NCBI GenBank assembly: GCA_965612795.1
Contig: CBFDTI010000016.1
Coordinates: 1-21,660, forward strand
Length of the DNA stretch: 21,660 nucleotides
Direction: 5' to 3'
From: an uncultured bacterium
GTDB taxonomy: Bacteria > Hydrothermota > UBA3073 > NMUJ01
The position numbers and the translations under genes were made by a program. The notes under the pieces are model-generated. The model saw nothing but the letters and a program-made list of their open reading frames with translations, ran no database searches and had not been told where the DNA came from. Positions 1-8,868 of this stretch are shown here, one piece after another. The first letter of the stretch is position 1, and every line of letters starts with the position of its first letter.

Positions 1-1058
1 AATAAATACCTAAGCGCCCTACCCCAATCACCATGATAGAAGGTTACACATCTATCAAGGTGTATCCTACCAGGTAGGCTACCATCTGCGAGCTGGTTGC
101 TTAAAAACTCCAGTAGCTCACCTCTTGCAAGTATATCGTCCTGCATCCACATTGTTTCACGTACATGTGCAGGCGCACTATAGGCTATAGGTACACGGAA
201 ATATGCAGGCCCTTCAGCTACTGCGGGGTAATGGTAATTGCCACGCTTTTTCCATATAGCGAATGTATATAGGCCGTACCATCGGTAATAGTAGTATTTC
301 TGGATTTTCTGGAGCGAGGTTTCTAGCTTTGGCACTTTGCTGAGAAAGTTTTGCCAATCCTCCAACGCATCGTTGATGGGGGTTGGGGTTTTGCTTAAAT
401 ATTGGTGGGTTACACTTAATTCACATCCACTATCTGCAAATATCAGGCCAACACCTGCTGGTTTGCTGGGTATCAACCTAAAATGTAACCCTATGAATAT
501 CACGTACCCGTTTATGTGTACCGTATTGGGTAGTTTGCCATCGAACACCTCATAAAACGGTGTAACTTCAGGTATTGGTACCATATCTACGTAGTTTGCA
601 CCCTGCACCATAAATGATTGTACTTGTGGTAATACCATAAACCCGGTATGAATAAGGTGGCCGTCAAGTTTACGTATGAGGAATATCGCATTCTCTGCGA
701 TTTTGATGTCTTCCAGCTCCTTAGCAGGGAGTGCGAACCACGCTATGCCATCCATGGGTTTATCCCCCTTAAGTAGATACTCCGAGTATAACGTATCGTA
801 TGGTAATACCGCGGAACGTTCCATAAGCTTATAGCCGTAAATGTCATATTCCTTGGTCAGCAGGTTATAATCCCAACGCAGATCGTGAAACTTAGGGGTG
901 ATAAATCTACCATCTACGTAGAAGCTTACCGTATAAGTGGGGTACCATTTTAGATGGTAGTAATGTGCTTCATCCCACATGCCAGGGGTATCAAGATACC
1001 GAGGGAAAAGAGGTGTCCACACAAGCGCTTTACCGCCACCTAGGTACCAGCGTCTCAT
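1..1058 (-). CDS. Partial gene (runs off the left edge): probable six-hairpin glycosidase (GH63/MGH1-like or trehalase-like)
   Basis: Not in the ORF track because it has no stop in the window. Manual translation from ATG at 1058 is open for about 352 codons: MRRWYLGGGKALVWTPLFPRYLDTPGMWDEAHYY...KYYYYRWYGL...AEGPAYFRVPIAYSAPAHVRETMW...LARGELLEFLSNQLADGSLPGRI...FYHGDWG. The YYYRW, HxRExxW and QxxDGxLP motifs recall the start of (alpha/alpha)6 glycosidase domains. An in-frame TAG just upstream fixes the start. Confidence 0.7.
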   Translation of the reverse strand, partial: MRRWYLGGGKALVWTPLFPRYLDTPGMWDEAHYYHLKWYPTYTVSFYVDGRFITPKFHDLRWDYNLLTKEYDIYGYKLMERSAVLPYDTLYSEYLLKGDKPMDGIAWFALPAKELEDIKIAENAIFLIRKLDGHLIHTGFMVLPQVQSFMVQGANYVDMVPIPEVTPFYEVFDGKLPNTVHINGYVIFIGLHFRLIPSKPAGVGLIFADSGCELSVTHQYLSKTPTPINDALEDWQNFLSKVPKLETSLQKIQKYYYYRWYGLYTFAIWKKRGNYHYPAVAEGPAYFRVPIAYSAPAHVRETMWMQDDILARGELLEFLSNQLADGSLPGRIHLDRCVTFYHGDWGRALRYL

Positions 1059-1078
1059 CAGCTATATAGGTATTGGAG

Positions 1079-2374
1079 TTATTTATTGGGTTCTGGATTC
1101 AGCACATCCATCAACAACTTTATAGCACAGTATTTGCCGCACATCGTACATACGTCAGGTACCGCGGGTACGGATTCTGCGCGCCTCTTACGTACTTTGT
1201 TGGGATCGATTGCCAATTCTGCCATTTTGTCCCAATCCAACTTCTTACGAGCTTGTGACATCTGTAGATCCCACTCACGTGCACCTTTTACACCCTTGGC
1301 TATATCACCTGCATGTGCAGCTATCCTGGCAGCGATTACACCTTCGTACACTTCATCAGGTGTGGGTAATGCCAGGTGTTCTGACGGTGTCACATAACAG
1401 ATGAAGTCAGCACCCGCCGCTGCCGCTATAGCAGCACCAATACCTGCAGTTATGTGATCGTATCCGGGTGCTATGTCAGTAACTACAGGACCTAACACAT
1501 AGAATGGTGCATTATGGCAAAGCTGTTTTTCAAGCTTAACATTTTCTGCCACCATATCTATAGGTATATGGCCGGGTCCTTCTATCATCACCTGTACACC
1601 CGCTTTGAGTGCACGCTGCTGAAGTTCACCCAACGTCATCAACTCATGTATCTGGGCCGCATCCGTACTATCTGCAATCGAGCCTGGTCTGAATCCATCA
1701 CCCAAACTTAACGTAAGATCATACTCACGCGCAATCTCCAACAACCTATCAAACTGCGTATATAGAGGGTTTTCTTCTTTATTCTTCAACATCCACACCA
1801 GCAGGAACGTAGCACCCCGGCTGACGATATCGGTTACACGACCGGTGGCACGTAATCGGTCGAGTGCTGCAAACGTCACACCTGCATGTACGGTGATGAA
1901 GTCGATCCCATCCTTTGCGTGACGTTCGATCACATCAAATATCAGGTCAGGTGTCATAAATATGATACCGCCATGCTGTTTGGTGGCTTCGATCGCTGCT
2001 TCATATATGGGAACCGTACCCATGGGGCCAGGGAATGCCTTCCTTATAGCGCGCCTGAACTCACCTATATCGTTACCGGTGGACAAATCCATTATCGTAT
2101 CAGCACCTGCATCTATAGCAGCACGTACCTTGGCTAATTCCAACTCCAGGTCCGCTACATCGGTGGACGACCCTATGTTGGCGTTAACCTTCGTGCGTAC
2201 CCCTTTACCTATAGCTACAGGTTTCTCTATACGGTAGCGGTTGTTAAATGGTAATACTATCTCACCACGTGCTATACCGGCACGAATGAATTCGGGTGAT
2301 ACACCCTCAAGTTTGGCGACTAACTCCATTTCTGGAGTTATTTTACCCCGTTTCGCGTATTCCAGTTGTGTCAT
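1079..2374 (-). CDS. thiC: Phosphomethylpyrimidine synthase ThiC (short form, radical SAM)
   Basis: MTQLEYAKRGKITPEM start, TKVNANIG, ADTIMDLSTG, SLGDGFRPG, EGPGH, APFYVLGP, DIAPGYDHIT, CYVTPSEHL, and C-terminal CxxCxxxC (CTMCGKYC). Confidence 0.93.
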   Translation of the reverse strand: MTQLEYAKRGKITPEMELVAKLEGVSPEFIRAGIARGEIVLPFNNRYRIEKPVAIGKGVRTKVNANIGSSTDVADLELELAKVRAAIDAGADTIMDLSTGNDIGEFRRAIRKAFPGPMGTVPIYEAAIEATKQHGGIIFMTPDLIFDVIERHAKDGIDFITVHAGVTFAALDRLRATGRVTDIVSRGATFLLVWMLKNKEENPLYTQFDRLLEIAREYDLTLSLGDGFRPGSIADSTDAAQIHELMTLGELQQRALKAGVQVMIEGPGHIPIDMVAENVKLEKQLCHNAPFYVLGPVVTDIAPGYDHITAGIGAAIAAAAGADFICYVTPSEHLALPTPDEVYEGVIAARIAAHAGDIAKGVKGAREWDLQMSQARKKLDWDKMAELAIDPNKVRKRRAESVPAVPDVCTMCGKYCAIKLLMDVLNPEPNK

Positions 2375-2380
2375 CTTTTA

Positions 2381-2407
2381 AAATTAACACAAATTACAAA
2401 TAAGCAA
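2381..2407 (-). promoter_or_regulatory. thiC promoter TTGCTT-N15-TAATTT (TGn extended -10), probably leaderless
   Basis: Minus strand: TTGCTT (2407-2402), 15 nt, TAATTT (2386-2381), 6 nt, ATG at 2374. No SD. Confidence 0.55.
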
Positions 2408-2448
2408 CCACTTTAAGTGATAATTTATAAATACGTCACCGTATATGG

Positions 2449-2475
2449 TTGACCATAAGATTTAACGAGTACCAT
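2449..2475 (+). promoter_or_regulatory. Antiporter promoter TTGACC-N15-TACCAT
   Basis: TTGACC 2449-2454 and TACCAT 2470-2475; same geometry as other promoters in the window. Confidence 0.55.
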
Positions 2476-2534
2476 ATTAACCGTGTTAAGTGCAGAAATG
2501 AAGTTATGCCTAACTTATTGTAGTGGCTCTTGAG

Positions 2535-3716
2535 ATGAATGAGATATTAGCTATTGGGTTGATACTGTTTTTCGGATATTTTGTTGGGCGCCTCATTTCG
2601 AGGTTGAGGATGCCCACCGTCACAGGCTATATACTGTTGGGGTTGGCGTTTGGTGTGTCGTTGCTTAAGATTATACCCAAGGATTTGAACCTAAGGCTTA
2701 CGTGGTTGATAGAGTTTGCACTCCTGTTGGTTGCGTTTAATGTAGGTACGGAGTTGCGGATTGATACATTTAAACGGTTAGGTAAACCGCTCATCTTAAT
2801 CATTGTACTGGAAACCGTAGGTGCATTCCTTTTCTTATTCATGGGTATGATGCTCATGCGTCAGGGTGTGGCATTATCGTTGTTAATAGCCGCTATCGGA
2901 TGTGCGACTGCACCCGCTGTTACTGTGCTGGTGCTTAATGAGTATAGAGCAGCGGGTCCGCTTACACAGGTGTTACTCGCATGTGTGGGTATGGATGATG
3001 CGATCGGACTTACCTTTTACTCGATATGTTCATCCATTGCTCATGGTATGTTCGATAAAACACAGATATCGGTAGTAATCCTGATCGGCAAGATAGTGCT
3101 TGGTGTGTCGATATCCATCATGATAGGGATAGCCTTCGGTATTCTACTGGACCTCATAACCCGTAGGGTGGCGTATCCACTTGATATACTTGTTATCGCG
3201 GTGGGTACGATCATGCTTGTGGGTGGGTTGCTTCAACTCAGACCCCACGGGGTGCGATTCTCGCCATTGATCGCAAGTATGGCGATAGGCTTCTATGTTG
3301 CAAACTTTGCACCCCGTCACCGTGCTATAAGGGGGGCGCTTGAGCATTTCAGTATGCCATTTTATGTGATCTATTTCGTATTGGCGGGCGCGAGACTCGA
3401 CTTTAGGTTACTTATGGCGTTAGGCTTGGTGGCTGCCGTTTACCTTATATGTCGGTTTGGTGGCAAGCTATTCGGTGCGTGGTTGGGTGGTACTATTTCA
3501 CGTGCACCACGTGCTATAAGGAAGTATACGGGGTTTGGGCTGTTTTCACAAGCCGGTATAGCGATAGGGTTATGTTTATATGCAGCGAAGGAATTTCCGC
3601 AGGTGGGTGACGTTATCGTAGCTATAGCGCTGGGGACTACGGTGGTTACCGAACTCATAGGGCCGTTGATGACGAAATTTGCAATATTACGTGCAGGTGA
3701 GGCATACAGGAGGTGA
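2535..3716 (+). CDS. Cation:proton antiporter (Na+/K+:H+ exchanger, CPA2/Kef-like membrane domain)
   Basis: Highly hydrophobic multi-TM protein with PTVTGYILLG, AFNVGTEL, CATAPAVT, VGMDDAIG, FVLAGARL, SQAGIAIGL, ELIGP. Start probably ATG 2535 (MNEILAIG); GTG 2523 is the alternative. Confidence 0.85.
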   Translation: MNEILAIGLILFFGYFVGRLISRLRMPTVTGYILLGLAFGVSLLKIIPKDLNLRLTWLIEFALLLVAFNVGTELRIDTFKRLGKPLILIIVLETVGAFLFLFMGMMLMRQGVALSLLIAAIGCATAPAVTVLVLNEYRAAGPLTQVLLACVGMDDAIGLTFYSICSSIAHGMFDKTQISVVILIGKIVLGVSISIMIGIAFGILLDLITRRVAYPLDILVIAVGTIMLVGGLLQLRPHGVRFSPLIASMAIGFYVANFAPRHRAIRGALEHFSMPFYVIYFVLAGARLDFRLLMALGLVAAVYLICRFGGKLFGAWLGGTISRAPRAIRKYTGFGLFSQAGIAIGLCLYAAKEFPQVGDVIVAIALGTTVVTELIGPLMTKFAILRAGEAYRR

Positions 3717-3724
3717 TGCATTTA

Positions 3725-3753
3725 TTGACATCATGTGATGTACGTGATATTTT
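3725..3753 (+). promoter_or_regulatory. Promoter TTGACA-N17-TATTTT with an overlapping 14-bp dyad
   Basis: TTGACA 3725-3730, TATTTT 3748-3753, dyad ACATCA-TG-TGATGT 3728-3741, SD AGGAGG 3767-3772 ahead of ATG 3777. Confidence 0.6.
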
Positions 3754-3776
3754 AACATAAGAAAATAGGAGGTATA

Positions 3777-4310
3777 ATGTTATTGAGTGAGTTATTGACC
3801 CCGGATTTGGTGATACTCGATTTGAAGGCACGTACCAAACACGATATCATTGCGGAGATGGTGGACTTGTTCGTCCAATCCGGTATCGTAACCGATAGGG
3901 AGAAGTTTATTGAGATGATCGAGAAACGTGAACAGATAGAATCCACCGCTATAGGGGGCGGTATTGCCATACCTCACGCGAGGTCGGAAGTCGTCAAACA
4001 GCTACGGGTGGGGTTTGCACGTTCAAAAGAAGGGGTTGATTTTGATGCACTCGACCGCAAGCCGGTATACTTGATATTTATGATAGCGGCACCTATCGAT
4101 GTACGTAAGGAGTACTTACAGGCGGTAGCTAAGGTGGCACGTCTACTTAAGTCGAGCGTTATGCGTAAGGCGTTGATGGATGCGGAGACAAAAGAGGACG
4201 TTATGAGGGTGATAATGGATTTTGACGGTGTCGTACCCGAACGTGTTGAGGTTAAAACAAAAGAGGGTAGAGTCATATACAAACAGGGTGAGCAACCTAA
4301 AGGAGGGTGA
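3777..4310 (+). CDS. PTS EIIA protein (Ntr/fructose-mannitol EIIA_2 family), stand-alone, with a C-terminal extension
   Basis: REQIESTAIGGGIAIPHAR (phospho-His motif), GVDFDALDRKPVYLIFMI; strong SD. Confidence 0.9.
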   Translation: MLLSELLTPDLVILDLKARTKHDIIAEMVDLFVQSGIVTDREKFIEMIEKREQIESTAIGGGIAIPHARSEVVKQLRVGFARSKEGVDFDALDRKPVYLIFMIAAPIDVRKEYLQAVAKVARLLKSSVMRKALMDAETKEDVMRVIMDFDGVVPERVEVKTKEGRVIYKQGEQPKGG

Positions 4311-4654
4311 TGTATCTGTTGATCATCATCCTACATAAGGAAGAGTATCTTGATGATGTGCTCGAAACCCTCGTGGAGCTGGGTGTGGATGAAGCGATAA
4401 CTGTGGAAGTGGAGTCACTTGGTAAGGCGCTCGCTTATAAGGTGCCAATATTTGCGGGGTTGAGGTTAGGTATCGAGAGTAAACCGTACTCACGTACTAT
4501 ATTTGCGGTGACGGATGATCAATACACTGGACGTAAACTTATAGAGATGTTGCGTAAGGTGGATATCGATCTTGAAGCTAAGGGGGTAGCACGTATACTT
4601 ACGGTGAAGCTGGAATCCGTATATGGTACACCGGAGGAGATAACCGAAATTTAG
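4310..4654 (+). CDS. PII-like (GlnB-superfamily) small protein
   Basis: 114 aa; MYLLIIILHKEEYLDDVLETLVELGV, T-loop-like region with VPIFAGLR, C-terminal GVARILTVKLESVYG. TGATG overlap with EIIA favours ATG 4310 over GTG 4307. Confidence 0.65.
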   Translation: MYLLIIILHKEEYLDDVLETLVELGVDEAITVEVESLGKALAYKVPIFAGLRLGIESKPYSRTIFAVTDDQYTGRKLIEMLRKVDIDLEAKGVARILTVKLESVYGTPEEITEI

Positions 4655-4661
4655 CCATTCG

Positions 4662-4688
4662 TTGACGTGGTAACTCCTGAGGTAAAAT
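4662..4688 (+). promoter_or_regulatory. polA promoter TTGACG-N15-TAAAAT, probably leaderless
   Basis: TTGACG 4662-4667, TAAAAT 4683-4688, 6 nt, ATG 4695. No SD. Confidence 0.65.
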
Positions 4689-4694
4689 TTAATA

Positions 4695-7181
4695 ATGGGT
4701 AAAGTGTTATATTTGGTAGATGGTAGTCTACTTGCTTATCGTGCATTCTATGCGTTTATACGTAACCCATTACGTACGTCAAAAGGTGAAAATACAAGTG
4801 CAGTGTTTGGGTTCACCAATTCGCTGTTGAAGATACTTAATGACTATAATCCCGAGTATATAGCCGTGTTCTTTGATAGTCCAACACCTACGTTTAGACA
4901 TAAACTATTTGAGGAGTATAAGGCTACACGACCGCCGGCACCAGATGAGTTGAAGCCTCAGATACCCAAAATAAAGGCGATTGTTAAATATCTCGGTATC
5001 CCCATGATAGAGGTACCTGGTATAGAAGCAGATGACGCGATTGGTATAGTAGCAGAGAAGGCAGCAGCCGCTAATTGGGATGTTGTGATCGTGGGTAGTG
5101 ATAAAGATTTTCTGCAGCTGTTGTCACCGAAGATAAAGTTGCTCGACCCAAGGGAGTTCAAGCTCTACGGTAAGGAGAAAGTTGAGGAGAAGTGGGGTAT
5201 ACCTGCTGAGTATGGGGCAGATTTTCTTGCACTTGTAGGTGACGATATCGACAATATACCGGGTGTACCTGGTATAGGGCCGAAGACGGCGGCACAACTT
5301 ATACGTAAGTGGGGTAGTATCGAGAATATCTATGAAAATCTACCAAAAGTAACCCCGGAAAAGGTGCGTAAACTGTTGGAGCAACACCGTGATCGTGCAA
5401 TGTTATCGAAGAAACTGGCAACGCTGAGGTTAGAGCAACCGCTGGAGGTTAGGTTTGAGGAGTTACGGCGAGGTGAGCTACAACGTGAACCGCTACTTAA
5501 GATGTTTCGTGAGCTGGAATTTACATCACTTATGAAGAAAATAGGGGGGTTCAAGTTGCGTCCATATCCTGTAAGGGATACACATGACGACTATGTGAAG
5601 GGGGTGACCAAGCTGGCGATTGTGTGGGATGACGACTTCTATAGTATAAGTAAGGCTGAGGGTGATGCCATTGTTGTGACGGACAAACAGAAGCTGGCTG
5701 GTTTGGTGAGCGATCCCAACATATCGAAGATAGTACCGGATGTCAAATATCTACACAAGAATTACGAGGTAGCTGGCCCTGTGTTCGATACCAGTATCGC
5801 ATCGTATTTGTTGGAACCTGATCTTAAAGATCACTCTGTTGAGTATCTATCAGCTGCGTACTTGGCGATACCGATTGAGGTGCCCAAACAGCCATCGTTC
5901 AGCGAACGTACGGCGTTGTTGGGGTTGAAAGCTGAGGTACTTTACAGGGTTGAACGGATACTGTTGGAGGAACTGCGTGAGAAGCAGCTGGATAAACTCT
6001 ATTATGAGATCGATCTACCGTTGGCACGTGTGCTTGCACATATGGAGAAGGTTGGCGTACTTATTGATGTGGGTTACTTAGAGGCTGAATCGCAGCGGTT
6101 AGCACATGAATTACATGAACTTGAACGTCAAATCTATGCGATAGCGGGTGAGGTGTTCAATATACGGTCGCCGAAACAGCTATCATATATATTGTTTGAG
6201 AAGTTGAAGTTACCCAAAGGTAAACGCCGTAAGACGGGACCATCGACAGATGTGGAGGTGTTGGAGAAGCTGGCTGAGGAACATGAGATTGCGCGGTTGT
6301 TGTTACAGTATCGTGAGAAATATAAACTTAAATCCTCGTACATAGATGTGTTACCTCAGATACGTGATGCTTATGGACGTATACATGCGGAGTGGAACCA
6401 AACCGTAACTGCAACGGGTAGGTTGAGCTCATCAAACCCTAACCTCCAGAATATACCGAAACGCGAAATCCGTAAGGCGTTTATCGCACCCAAAGGTAGG
6501 GTACTTGTGGCGGCTGACTATTCACAAATAGAGTTGAGGATAATGGCATCGCTATCGGAGGATCCTAACCTTATGGATGCATTCTTCAAGGGTGAGGATA
6601 TTCACACAAAGACAGCTAAGTTATTGTTTGGTGAAGAGAACCCTGAGACACGACGACGTGCAAAGGTGGTAAACTTCGGTATAATGTATGGTATGGGCCC
6701 GTATGGGTTATCGCAGGAACTCAAATGCCCGATACAGGAGGCACATGCGTTTATTGCTAATTACTTTGCTACGTATCCGAAGGTTAAGGAATGGATCGAT
6801 CGTACGCTGGAGTTTGCACGTGAACATGGGTATGTGACGACGATACTGGGTAGACGGCGTTACTTCAAGAATTTGAACCACCCCAACGCCAACCTGCGCA
6901 GGTTCGAGGAGCGTGCTGCTATAAATGCACCGATACAGGGGAGTGCAGCAGATATGATCAAGAAGGCGATGCTTGATATATACACGACGTTTGAGAAGGA
7001 GAAGATACCTGCGGATATGATAATACAGGTGCATGATGAGCTGGTGTTGGAAGTAGACGAAAGTGTCAAGGATGAGGTGCGTGAGATCGTTCGCAAGAAG
7101 ATGGAGACCGCTATACCGTTGAAGGTGCCGGTGAAGGTTGAGATAGGTGAGGGACACACCTGGTATGAGGCTCACACCTAA
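4695..7181 (+). CDS. polA: DNA polymerase I
   Basis: 5'-3' exonuclease (LVDG, YKATR, EADD, DKD, GDDIDNIPGVPGIGPKTA); polymerase motifs TGRLSSSNPNLQNIP, DYSQIELR, RRRAKVVNFGIMYG, QVHDEL. Confidence 0.98.
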   Translation: MGKVLYLVDGSLLAYRAFYAFIRNPLRTSKGENTSAVFGFTNSLLKILNDYNPEYIAVFFDSPTPTFRHKLFEEYKATRPPAPDELKPQIPKIKAIVKYLGIPMIEVPGIEADDAIGIVAEKAAAANWDVVIVGSDKDFLQLLSPKIKLLDPREFKLYGKEKVEEKWGIPAEYGADFLALVGDDIDNIPGVPGIGPKTAAQLIRKWGSIENIYENLPKVTPEKVRKLLEQHRDRAMLSKKLATLRLEQPLEVRFEELRRGELQREPLLKMFRELEFTSLMKKIGGFKLRPYPVRDTHDDYVKGVTKLAIVWDDDFYSISKAEGDAIVVTDKQKLAGLVSDPNISKIVPDVKYLHKNYEVAGPVFDTSIASYLLEPDLKDHSVEYLSAAYLAIPIEVPKQPSFSERTALLGLKAEVLYRVERILLEELREKQLDKLYYEIDLPLARVLAHMEKVGVLIDVGYLEAESQRLAHELHELERQIYAIAGEVFNIRSPKQLSYILFEKLKLPKGKRRKTGPSTDVEVLEKLAEEHEIARLLLQYREKYKLKSSYIDVLPQIRDAYGRIHAEWNQTVTATGRLSSSNPNLQNIPKREIRKAFIAPKGRVLVAADYSQIELRIMASLSEDPNLMDAFFKGEDIHTKTAKLLFGEENPETRRRAKVVNFGIMYGMGPYGLSQELKCPIQEAHAFIANYFATYPKVKEWIDRTLEFAREHGYVTTILGRRRYFKNLNHPNANLRRFEERAAINAPIQGSAADMIKKAMLDIYTTFEKEKIPADMIIQVHDELVLEVDESVKDEVREIVRKKMETAIPLKVPVKVEIGEGHTWYEAHT

Positions 7182-7761
7182 CATCAAAATAGGGGTTACA
7201 GGTAAATTAGGTGCGGGTAAGTCCACAGTTGCTAGGATATTGGCGGGGTTGGGTGCTAATATCATAGATGCGGATAAGATAGGGTGGCAAATTTTACAAG
7301 AGAAGAGGGACGAAATAGTGAACCTCTTGGGTACGGAAGTGTTGGAAGGTGAACGTATCAATCGCAAAAAGGTAGCGGAGATAGTGTTTAGCTCAAAGGA
7401 TAAGCTGGAACAGTTTGAAGCCATTGTGCATCCACCATTGTTGGAACAGCTCAAGAAGCGGCTACAGAGGCCGGGTGTGGTTGTGGTGGATGCTGCACTT
7501 ATACCTTATTGGGGGATTGAGGATTGGTTTGACTACGTGATATGGGTGGATGCAGCGTGGGAGGTTAGGTTGGATAGGATGAAAAAGCGAGGTTATAATG
7601 AAGCTGACATCGTGCAACGTGAACGTATGCAAAACTTTAGCCCACAGAGGGTTGATTTTTATGTGAAGAACGACGGTGATATGGAAGCGCTGGTTAAACA
7701 GGTACGTAGGATATGGGAAAAGATATTGCGAGAAGCGTCAGATATTGCGGAGTTGTTCTGA
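7165..7761 (+). CDS. coaE: Dephospho-CoA kinase
   Basis: IGVTGKLGAGKST P-loop, IIDAD, INRKKVAEIVF, IVHP; classic polA-coaE linkage. ATG 7165 is the likely start (ORF track gives 7147). Confidence 0.92.
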   Translation: MRLTPNIKIGVTGKLGAGKSTVARILAGLGANIIDADKIGWQILQEKRDEIVNLLGTEVLEGERINRKKVAEIVFSSKDKLEQFEAIVHPPLLEQLKKRLQRPGVVVVDAALIPYWGIEDWFDYVIWVDAAWEVRLDRMKKRGYNEADIVQRERMQNFSPQRVDFYVKNDGDMEALVKQVRRIWEKILREASDIAELF

Positions 7762-8810
7762 TACTGTTGGGGTTGGTGGGATGTGCACCTATAGGTAGGA
7801 AGAAACTAATCCCTACGTATGTACCGGCAACCTGGATACGGGTGTTGATAGATGAGAGTGACAATGGGATTATAAAATTTAGGGGTGGTGCTACCATAAC
7901 TGTAGGGGGTAGGAGTATAAAAGTAGGGAGGGAATTGCAACTTAAGGATGGATACCTTCAAGCTGATGGGTTAACCCTGGACACAAGGGATGGTGTGGTG
8001 ATAACACCTGAACATGGGTATTTCATATGGAAAGGACATCGATATAGGGGTAAACTTATATTGAAAGCTGGTAAGGTGATAAACTACCTGCCACTGGAGG
8101 AGTACCTCTATAGTGTGGTAGCAGCTGAGATGGGGTATAGGCGTGAGTTTGAAGCCCTAAAGGCGCAGGCGGTGGCTGCACGTACGTATGCGGTGCGTAA
8201 GATGGGGGAGAGGCGTAACCGGGATTATGATATACATGCAGCACCAGAGGTAGACCAGAAATACGTGGGTATGGACAACGAATATGAAGGGGCACGTGAT
8301 GCAGTCAATGCTACACGGGGTGAAATACTGGTATACGGGGGTGAACCCATACGTGCATTGTATTCGGCATGTTGTGGCGGATATACGAACGACCCGCCAG
8401 AGGGATGGGATACACCTTATCTTGTGGGTAAGCCCGACCCTTACTGTAAAGGGTCACCGTATGAGAAGTGGAAGGTTACACTGAGTAGGGGTGAGCTTGA
8501 AGCTAAGCTGGGTTGTAGAGTACAGTCTATAGAGGTGGTGGAACGTGACAGGACGGGCCGTGTACGTTTTATAGAGATAAATGGTAAGCGGATGGCGGGT
8601 GGTGAGTTTAGGGCAAAGTTAGAGCTACCCAGTACGTGGTTCGAAGCCAAAAAGCGCGGCGATAGTATAATAATCGAGGGTAGAGGGTATGGTCACGGGT
8701 ATGGTATGTGCCAGTGGGGTGCTATAGGGATGGCGAAACGTGGATACTCGTATCGACAGATACTGGCGTTTTACTACCCAGGGACGAGGGTTGTGAGGTA
8801 TACGAGGTGA
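7713..8810 (+). CDS. SpoIID/LytB-domain lytic transglycosylase, probable lipoprotein
   Basis: INYLPLEEYLYSVVAAEM, EALKAQAVAARTYA, GYGHGYGMCQWGA, ILAFYYPG; signal peptide ending in lipobox LVGC. Confidence 0.9.
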   Translation: MGKDIARSVRYCGVVLILLGLVGCAPIGRKKLIPTYVPATWIRVLIDESDNGIIKFRGGATITVGGRSIKVGRELQLKDGYLQADGLTLDTRDGVVITPEHGYFIWKGHRYRGKLILKAGKVINYLPLEEYLYSVVAAEMGYRREFEALKAQAVAARTYAVRKMGERRNRDYDIHAAPEVDQKYVGMDNEYEGARDAVNATRGEILVYGGEPIRALYSACCGGYTNDPPEGWDTPYLVGKPDPYCKGSPYEKWKVTLSRGELEAKLGCRVQSIEVVERDRTGRVRFIEINGKRMAGGEFRAKLELPSTWFEAKKRGDSIIIEGRGYGHGYGMCQWGAIGMAKRGYSYRQILAFYYPGTRVVRYTR

Positions 8811-8835
8811 CAAATATGGGTTCAACGCAAGTAGC

Positions 8836-8862
8836 TTGATATGAGCGATCTTTGTGTAAATT
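8836..8862 (+). promoter_or_regulatory. MNT-HEPN promoter TTGATA-N15-TAAATT, probably leaderless
   Basis: TTGATA 8836-8841, TAAATT 8857-8862, 6 nt, ATG 8869. Confidence 0.6.
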
Positions 8863-8868
8863 ATATTG

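Noticed and set aside
337..555. 72-aa plus-strand ORF
   Set aside because: Antisense to the long minus-strand glycosidase-like frame.
6708..7454. 248-aa minus-strand ORF
   Set aside because: Antisense to polA/coaE, which are clearly real.
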